From Chrysomallon squamiferum (lineage: Eukaryota; Animalia; Mollusca), in contig CM022678.1 in NCBI GenBank assembly GCA_012295275.1, forward strand, positions 558,001-622,000: DNA of 64,000 nt, given 5' to 3'. Shown here piece by piece: positions 55,001 through 64,000 of the stretch. The notes under the pieces were generated by a model, which was not told the origin of the DNA, made no database searches, and saw nothing but the letters and a program-made list of their open reading frames with translations. The position numbers and the translations under genes were made by a program. Within the stretch, counting starts at the first letter, position 1. Every line of letters starts with the position of its first letter.

Positions 55001-56257
55001 GGTCAAACTCCTCTTTTTACAGCTTTTGGTTACAGACAAAATGATCCATCTCTGAAGAATGAAATAGGTAAAGTAGTTTCGTATTTACTGGAACACGGAG
55101 CTGATGCTAATTTAACAGACACTGACAACTATTCTGTTTTACACCTAGCAGCTGAACTTGGAAATGAAGAAATTGTGAGAGCACTGATTGAAAAAGGTTT
55201 TCAAATAAATATTAAAAACAGCCAAGATGAGACTCCTCTTTTGATAGCACTTAAGTATCAACAGAACAAAGTAGTTTTGTATTTAATGGAACACGGAGGT
55301 GATCCTAATTTAACAGACACTGACAACTATTCTGTTTTACAGCTGGCAGCTGCATTTGGAAATATAGAACTTGTGACAACACTGATTGAAAAAGGTGCTG
55401 ATATAAATAGTAAAGACAGCCAAGGGCTCACTCCTCTTTTTATTTCTCTTTTTTGCAGTATACACGACTCATCTCTGAATGTTGAAAAATATAAAGTATT
55501 TTTCTATTTGCTGGAACATGGAGCTAATCCTAATATAACAGACAATGATAACGATTCTGTTTTACACTTAACAGCTCATCAAGGATATATAGAAATTGTG
55601 ACAGCACTGATTGAAAAAGGTGCTGATGTAAATATTAGAAACAGAAGAGGTGAAACTCCTCTTTTTGCAGCTCTTGCTTACAATGAATGTGGTCCACCTC
55701 TGAAGGATGAAAACTGTAATGTAGCTTTGTATTTATTGGAACATGGAGCTGATCCTACATTAACGGACAATGATAACAATTCTGTTTTACACCTAGCAGC
55801 TAAACAAGGATTTATTGAAATTGTCACAGCACTGATTCAAATAGGTGTTGATGTAAACATTAAAAACAGTCGAGGTGAAACGCCTCTTCTTATTGCTGTT
55901 AAACATGCACATTGGATACAGGTTTTGTATTTTCTACGGCGAGAACCTTCGAAGAAAGTAAATTTGTATAAACAACGACATCAAGCTTTGAAGAAAGTAG
56001 CTTTGTATTTACTGGAACATGGAGCTGATCCTTATTTAACAGACAATGAAAATGATTTTGTTTTACAGCAAGCAATGAAACATAGAAATGTTGATGTTAT
56101 ATTAGCAGTGACTGAAAAAGGTAGAGATGTAAATACTAAACATAGTCGAGATGAAACTCCTCTTGATAAAGCAAAGAGTTGTAACAGAAGGGGAATTATT
56201 TTAAGTTTACTGAGAATGGTGCTAACGATATTAACAGATAGATACATTTTGTTATAA
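49032..56257 (+). CDS. Copy B giant terminal exon: nSTAND3-like STAND NTPase, helical region and about 44 ankyrin repeats (NLR-like receptor)
   Basis: 2403-aa ORF from 49046; gatacag acceptor at 49031 is in frame with the upstream exons; Walker A GCPGSGKT, Walker B VLIDDIFG, GFP and FIHQS motifs; alternating SVLHLAA / TPLFTA ankyrin repeats. Confidence 0.93.
51480..56240 (+). repeat. Coding ankyrin tandem array of about 22 two-repeat units (mostly 198 or 225 nt)
   Basis: About 44 repeats counted by eye. Units 53991-54215 and 54216-54440 are identical except at one base. Confidence 0.92.
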
Positions 56258-57445
56258 ATGCACATAGACTATCACTTTTAAGTGCAAGATTACCTAGTGA
56301 GAATATTTTAAAATTATGCTGAAATTTGTGCTTATTTTTATGTAATTTGTATCAGTATATTCAATTGCGAGTTAAGTATTATGTACAGTTGTGACTTTCC
56401 AATTCAAAAGTGTAATTACTGATTCATTCGTCAGACAAATCTTCAAATTAAAGTCAATGTGAGTTTGTGTAATTATATTGCTGTGTAGTCTGGTGTGTAT
56501 CTAGATTCTGTAAATTGTTTCTATTCAGATATTGCATTACTGTCATGTGCACTCTGCTGTTTCTATTCAATGTGTGTTGTAGTTTTTGTTTCTTTGCAAA
56601 TATTGTATTATCATATTATATAGTCTGTTTTATATATTCAAATATACTATTAATGTATGGTGTAGATTTTGTTTCGATACAATTACTGTATTAGTATATT
56701 GTGTAATGTATTGAGACTATACAAATATTGTATTAATGTATTGTACAGAGTCTACTGTATCTATTCAAATATTGTATTAATGTATGATGTAGTTTTTGAT
56801 TCTATGCATATATCACATTGCCATATTGTATAGTCTATTCTATCTATTCAAATATTCTATAATATATGGCATAGTTTTTGTTTCTATAAACATTTTGTAT
56901 AACCATATTCCATAATCTTTTGTATCTATTCAAATATTGTCTTAGTTGTACAGTTTAAAATATTTATACATAACAAGAAATATTATTGTATGAAATTATA
57001 AAAATGATTTTTACTTTTCACTAAAATACTTGTGGATTTCTTGCTCAGTTCAATTTAAAAAGATGTTCAGATAAGTTAGGGTTCAATAATCATACAACAA
57101 TACTAATAGTATTAATTTTGATCAGGTTATTCAGTCAGTGAAAAGTCAGACAGTTTTTAAATGAGATTTGTTATTCATGATGACTTGATTATTAACTGTG
57201 TTACTATTAGAATAGTGTGAAAATATCTGTTAAACAGGATGTCATAATTAAAGTTGTGTTTTAATGTTGAGTGCACATTTTTAATGTATGTGTTGGGTTT
57301 TTTTTCATAAAATTGTTCTGTATTAGTGAATGTTTTACTATGTTTGTACAAGGTAAATTTGTATGTTGTTAAATGTAAAGGTTGTTTTAATTAAAAAAAA
57401 ATTACATTCTGTAGTACTAAATAGTACTAAATATTTTTACTATAC

Positions 57446-57480
<35 letters not shown>

Positions 57481-58224
57481 TTGTATTAGAGGCTGTTTTT
57501 TATTGTTAGTTTCATTTGTTTTATTGTCATATAAAAGAAATATATGGATGTTTTCTTGTATTAATTAAGAGATACATTCACATAATGTTTACGTTTGACT
57601 AAATTATCATTAGAAAATAGAGAATAATCAAATTAATAAAGTAAATGTAAGTTTTCTATGTGAATACCTGTTGACTACATTTATATAAAACATTGCAAAT
57701 ATAAATATGTGTGTGTGTGTGTGTGTGTGTGATTATGCATATATATGTCTTTGTATATAATCTGTGTGTGTACGTGTGTCTGTTTGATCTGTTTAAGTAC
57801 CATAAAGTAGTAATAAAGTAATGTTAATGTAATAAAGTCTTCATTTTTCTGTTTAATAATTATAAAATAGCGAATAATGAATAAACTAAATTTGAGTTTA
57901 AATTACGAATATTTTTCGTTAATAATCTTCACATTTATCTATTTATTAATTTAAAAAGAGCCAATAATTATAATAGCAAATTTTAAATTAGGAGTATTTT
58001 TGTTTTATAATGTTTAAATTTATCTATTTTATAATTATAAAATATTAAATAAATAATAAAGTATATTTAAATTAAGAATATTTGAATTTAATAATGTTTT
58101 CATTTTCCTGTTTGACACTTAACTATGAGTGTGCAGTAAAACTGATTTAATCTGTGTGACAACATTTTAATACTTCTGTTATTGTACTTGTAAATAATTT
58201 GAATCAAATCAATGTTTGTGATGA

Positions 58225-58298
<74 letters not shown>

Positions 58299-58527
58299 GA
58301 ATTATTTTGAGGAATATATTTGACTTTATATTAAACATAATGATTTATTTATTTTTCTATTTGGTTTTAATATTTTGGTTTGTCTTCATGTTTCTTTTTT
58401 TACCTTGAAGATATTCCATACATAATATCGTTTTGTTATTAAACTGTAATTTTTGTTCAAGTAATCTATTAATTAATATAAAATGTAGTATTGAAAAGTC
58501 ATTTTTGAATTTCTTCTTCTTCTTCTT

Positions 58528-58558
<31 letters not shown>

Positions 58559-59241
58559 TTATTATTATTATTATTATCATTATTATTATCATTATTATTA
58601 TTATTAGAAGTAGCAGTATTAGTCGTCGTCGTCGTCGTAGTAGTAGTAGTATTTTATATTGGGTCTGTACTGAAGGAGTGACAATTCAAAAGATTGAAAG
58701 AACGTTGCAGTGACAAAGTATAATCCAAATTTTATATAAAAAACTAGAACCACTGAACTGTTAATATATTTTAAACTTTTTTACAATTCTTGTTCTCCAT
58801 CACTGCAGTTATTGTTCACCTCATAGTTGTTTACATTTCTTGAACTGAAATGCAAATTGTGCGCAATTCCACAAAGCTATTTGTTGAAAGGGACGATTCC
58901 ATGTCTCCTGACAACAGTTGCAAGCCTCTTCTCTCTGGATGTGTTCACTTACCACCTGGTTGGATGGTTGTCACGCCTTTGAAATTTATATCTGAGGTTT
59001 CAATCCTTTGTTATGTCACTCATGAAATGTAAATCCTTTGAATAGAACCGTTTATAAATATTTCTATGGACTATTGCACTGATCCTTAAATAACACTGAC
59101 TATTGTATTGTATAAGTATTTTTGGTATATCATGATGAACGTTTCCTTGGAGAAATTGTTTTAAGCATATTATTTTTGTTATTGAACTTTTGTTTTTCGT
59201 CAATTATTAATGATATATTGTTGTTGTTGTTGTTATTGTTA

Positions 59242-59345
<104 letters not shown>

Positions 59346-59775
59346 TTATTATTAATTGGGAATCTATAATGAGTTGGGTTTTTTTAACTTTTAATATGTA
59401 TATGTTTAATCATTAGAATACACTCAATGATTTTATATGCATGTACATCTTTTTAACTACATTGATTTTTTTATTTATTTTTATGTCTTATTTATTTAGC
59501 TTGATAAAACGTTTATATTACCTTTATTTTGTTGATCAAATAACTTTAGATCAGTTTTCAACTCACTGTTTTATAATTAACTGTTTCTATAATTAGTGGA
59601 TTGTCTCCCATCTGTTACAGATCCAGTTGTTACACATCCAGTTGTTACAGTCACTTTGATGGTTTATGAAGCTAACTCCAATAATGCTAGTGTAGTAGTC
59701 ACCAGTCACCAAGTATTTTTCATTTTATTTAGTTACTAAATACAATGATAGTAAAGAATAAAAATTACTGAATTC

Positions 59776-59812
<37 letters not shown>

Positions 59813-59944
59813 GCAAGTAAGACACAAACAAACAAAGTAAAAGAAGAAAAAGCTTTTATATATATATAGTTGAAAGGTGTATTATATACTTTATGTACTT
59901 TATGTGCCGCAGTTATTTTCTCTACGATTGTCAAAAGATGTTTT

Positions 59945-60075
59945 TGTTTTCACTTTCAGAAAGAGCAAATCAGACTAACAAAGTACCTGGTCTGATTGGA
60001 TGAGCAAGTCACGTGATAGTGTGGTTGTCTTAAGCTGTTGTTTTTGTTGGGATTAGCGACGCGGGAAATTAACTA
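59945..60075 (+). promoter_or_regulatory. Candidate promoter motif cluster
   Basis: TTTCACTTTC (IRF/ISRE-like), ctgATTGGat (reverse CCAAT), gtCACGTGa (E-box) and GCGGGAAA (E2F-like) within about 130 bp. Confidence 0.3.
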
Positions 60076-61782
60076 AAGTTCCAATATCAGCAGTAATCAA
60101 ACCGCTTTAAATTACTTTGTTTAAATTTTTTTTCTTTATTTTTTTTTTTTTGGTTGTTTTGTTTATTTTACTTCTCGTAAATTGTAATTGGGATCAGTTG
60201 TTTAAATATTTCATAAGCTTTTGGTGTAACAACTGGGAAGATGACTCTTATTACTGTATACTAGATAGAGGACATCTGATTACCAGTTCACTCTCTCTGT
60301 GTTAGTGTTAGTGCTGTAACAAATGGGGTGATAGTCATGACAGTACCCCTTGATTATAGATGTGATACGTTGCTAATGTTTTAAAATAACAAGTATTATT
60401 TCCGAGTGTCTTGTAATTCCATTCACAATTAACACAATAAATATATTGTATGAGTGGTAATGACTTTTGTTTTCTTTATTAGATTAAATTAAATCCCCTG
60501 TATTATTCAAGAAAAAACACACTGCAATGGAACAATGCATTGAATAAGTTCGTGTGACATCTTCTGACATTCACTAGTCACATAGTGTTACATACCAGCG
60601 TGTCTGTAACTCTGCTAATGGAATCTTCCTAAAAGTAAATGGTGGACACATTTTCACAAAACAGAGGCATAGTTTATTATCTTAATTTCATCAGACAATA
60701 TAATAAATTATTCAGGCGTATTTTTATGTTTACAATAGTGTTTTTACACATGATTTATGTCTTATGTCAGATTCTGAAGATAAGATCACTTACATTTTTT
60801 GTATTGTCCATACATCTACAATATCTTTTGCCTTATTTTAAATTTCAAATGAATTTGTATTTAAGTTTGAAAAGCCCGCTGTTTGTTTTACTGTATTATT
60901 TACAGTAATGCTATTCTGATTAAATGAATGTTTAATAATATTATACTAACAGTATAATAGTAATATTGTATCAGCATTGACAATAATATTATTCTGATTA
61001 AATCAATGTTTGCTGAAGTATTATTCTGATTGGATAAGTTTTTACAGTCATATTATTATTATTATTAATTCAGCTTTTACAGCAGTACTTCATTTGTTAT
61101 TATTATAAACATACAGATTCCTGATTTAATTTCATCTATCTTGCTTGGTTTAATAAATGACGAAATCTTTACTATTTTACATTGGAAACTTTAAATGCGA
61201 TTTTCTCACTTTATGTTGTCTGCAAAGTTTCACCACAAAAATGTCAGATTTTCTTTTCTAAATGGAATATTTCAAAAATGAAAGGAAATTTTAATGTAAG
61301 AAACCGGAAATACTAATTTTTTAAGAAGAGATGACAGACCGACACACGCGAAAGACAAACACACACTACACACACGCAGTACATACAGCTACACTACACA
61401 TGCATTAGACGCACGCTGCACACACTGTGTACAAACACTCACATCCTAAACACACACACACACCATAAACTAGTTCACACAGTATAAACTAGGTGACTAC
61501 TAAAACAATACAGGTGAGTTCATCGTCTCATTATCCAGTTATTTTGATTTTCTGGCCAATACGTGTACAGTATCTGGTTTTAACAACATTCCTGTTTATT
61601 AACTGAAATTTCCTAAAAGTTAAAATTGTTATGAAATTAAACTATTAATACTTTTTTATGGAAAGGATTCAAGGATTCCATCCTGTCCCTTCCATCTAGT
61701 TATTACTCTTTCAGTCTTGAGTATTAAGTTATTTATTTTATTTATTTCATTTCATTTATTTATTTCATTTTTTTTTTTGTTA

Positions 61783-61859
<77 letters not shown>

Positions 61860-62229
61860 TAATATTTATTCGTAAGTAATTTTTTTTAAATTAATGATTA
61901 ATATTTTCTTGTACTTTTAAATAACAGGTTGGATGAATGAGTGTAACTCTTTCATAATAAAATAAAAACATGATTTAATTACTTGAGAATGTTAATTTAA
62001 CAAGTCATTCAGTATGAAATGATAAATTTGAAAACATAAAAGATTTCTTCTGTTGACTGGACAGAGCAGTTGTGTGGTAAGTAATCAAAACTAGTTTAAC
62101 ATAAAACAACTAAAGTCTAAATTGAACTGTAAATTCTAAACAAATATTTTCATTTCACTGACTGGATATGAAAAAGAGGCTATCAACATCAGTCAGGATT
62201 TCGTCTGTATGTCCGTGTGTATGTGTCAG

Positions 62230-62800
62230 TCCCAGTTTGTGAGATATTAACAGTTACGTTGTGAGATATTAAGAGTCAGGCTGTCAGATACTAACAGTCA
62301 GGTTGTGAGATACTAACAGGTTGTTTGATATTAACACAGGTTGTGAGATCCTAACAATCAGATTGTGAGATACTAACACAGGTTGAGAAAAACTAACAGT
62401 CAGGTTCTGTGATACTAACACAGGCTGTGTGATACTAAAACAGGCTGTGTGATACTAACACAGGTTGTGTGATACTAAAACAGGTTGTGTGATACTAAAA
62501 CAGGCTGTGTGATACTAAAACAGGTTGTGTGATACTAAAACAGGCTGTGTGATACTAAAACAGGTTGAGAGATATTAACAGTCAGGTTGTGTGATACTAA
62601 CAGACAGGTTGTATGATACTAACAGACAGGTTGTGTGATACTAACAGACAGGTTGAGAGATACTAACACAGGTTGAGAGATACTAACACAGGTTGTGAGA
62701 TACTAACAGACAGGTTGTGTGATACTAACACAGGTTGTGAGATACTAACACTGGTTGAGAGTTACAAACACAGGTTGTGAAATGCTAACAGGTTGTGAGA
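62230..62800. repeat. Minisatellite, 20-24 bp unit (caggttgtgtgatactaaca)
   Basis: About 25 head-to-tail degenerate copies without unique spacers. Confidence 0.93.
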
Positions 62801-62802
62801 TA

Positions 62803-62916
62803 CATGTATGTATGTGTGGATGGATGAATGGATGTATGTATATAAGTACGTGTATGTATGTATGCATGTTTGTATGTTTCTGTGTGTATGGATATATGTA
62901 TATATGTGTGTTTAGG

Positions 62917-62950
<34 letters not shown>

Positions 62951-63127
62951 TCTGTGTTTATGCATATATGTATATATGTTTATTTAGATATATATGTATG
63001 TATGTATGTATGGATGGATGTATGTATATACGTGTACGTATGCATGTATTTATGTATTATGTATCCCTGTGTATGCATATATGTATATATGTATGTATGT
63101 ATGAATGTATTTATGTATGTATGTATG
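62803..63127. repeat. (TATG)n-type degenerate microsatellite
   Basis: Visible directly; source of the spurious MYVC ORFs. Confidence 0.93.
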
Positions 63128-63292
63128 ACGTCACTACACCTCTGTCTCGATACAGCCAGGTCTCAGTGTTGCTGAGTCTTGATCAGTCTGAATTATCGGT
63201 GTTAAGATGGTCCAAAACCAGTTAAGGGGAGACAATCAAATGCAGCAATGACCTGGACGACCGGCTGCCAACAAAACGAAACAAAGAAAGAA

Positions 63293-63352
<60 letters not shown>

Positions 63353-64000
63353 AAGAAGAAGACATAGATAAATAACAATGAGTAAGAAAGACTTCAGTGG
63401 ATAAACTCTTCACTGATAAAAAAATACATATTTATTTCCGTTGCGATTTCAGCTGTGGACAGTCCATGTAAGAAACGAGGAAAAAAAGATTACATGAGCA
63501 TTGCGTGATATATCCTATTATTCATGAATTAAATATCACTCATGTTTAATCTTGACTATCTGCTCCTAAGACCATTTCGTTCTCGTTTTTATTTTATTTT
63601 TTTATTTTTTTTTTTCTTCTTAATACAATTATAATATGTTGTTTGGAAACAAAACGGAAATAAAATAAATATTCCAAATTTATTTATTTCAGTCACGTAA
63701 GACGATATTTCGAAAGTATTTAGGAAAATAAAGAAACAAACAAAATTTAGAGTTCCTGCCTATTAGTGCTCGATAAATTCAAGTTGAATCTAGTGAATGT
63801 AGGACATAAAACCGAAGAAGAAAACTCACCTGCCAGTCCAAACATGTTTATCCTAATTTGTTTTTTTATTTATTGGATACTTTTATTGTACCTTGCATTT
63901 CTGCTGGTGGATTTTGTTCGGCTCTGGATGTTTTGGATTCGGGGAGGAGGTGTTATTTCCTGTGGAGCATAAGACCGTATCACGTTTCTATTTCGTTCTT

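Noticed and set aside
49046-56257. Bacterial or endosymbiont origin (Avs-like STAND defence gene or Wolbachia-type ankyrin gene)
   Set aside because: Conserved spliceosomal-type exon boundaries upstream in both paralogs and a microsatellite/transposon-rich context indicate a resident nuclear gene.
49046-56257. Assigning a symbol such as ANK1/2/3 or ANKRD50
   Set aside because: No ZU5 or death domain; it appears to be a lineage-specific STAND-ankyrin family member with no orthology recognisable by eye.
50443-56265. Minus-strand ORFs overlapping the large gene (also 4509-4961 and 5942-6361)
   Set aside because: Antisense shadows of the real coding strand, similar between copies only because the sense gene is duplicated.
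62230-62800. CRISPR-like regular repeat
   Set aside because: Head-to-tail 20-24 bp units with no unique spacers and no cas genes, in eukaryotic DNA; it is a minisatellite.

Overview
AT-rich, microsatellite-dense animal genomic DNA; an invertebrate, probably a mollusc, inferred from the gene family. The window holds a tandem cluster of NLR-like genes on the + strand. Copy B (coding exons 45153-45249, 45828-45896, 48724-48756, 49032-56257; about 2474 aa) encodes a short Ser/Thr-rich N-terminus, a RHIM-like motif on its own phase-1 exon, an nSTAND3-type STAND NTPase and about 44 ankyrin repeats with hypervariable loops. Copy A (291-552, 810-893, 2978-3010, 3250-4409; about 512 aa) keeps an open RHIM + NTPase frame, but its ankyrin tail (4410-6188) is wrecked. 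A third, heavily deleted relic lies at about 10.4-11.6 kb. Between the genes, about 12-39 kb is a mosaic of degenerate segmental repeats, including repeated promoter/first-exon-like cassettes. Several DNA-transposon relics (THAP-bearing TIR element, MULE, hAT-like MITEs) are scattered through the window. The main candidate system is a RHIM-STAND-ankyrin receptor family resembling fungal and bacterial NLR amyloid signalling, possibly acting as a sensor/helper pair. Exon models come from comparing the paralogs by eye, with no transcript support.
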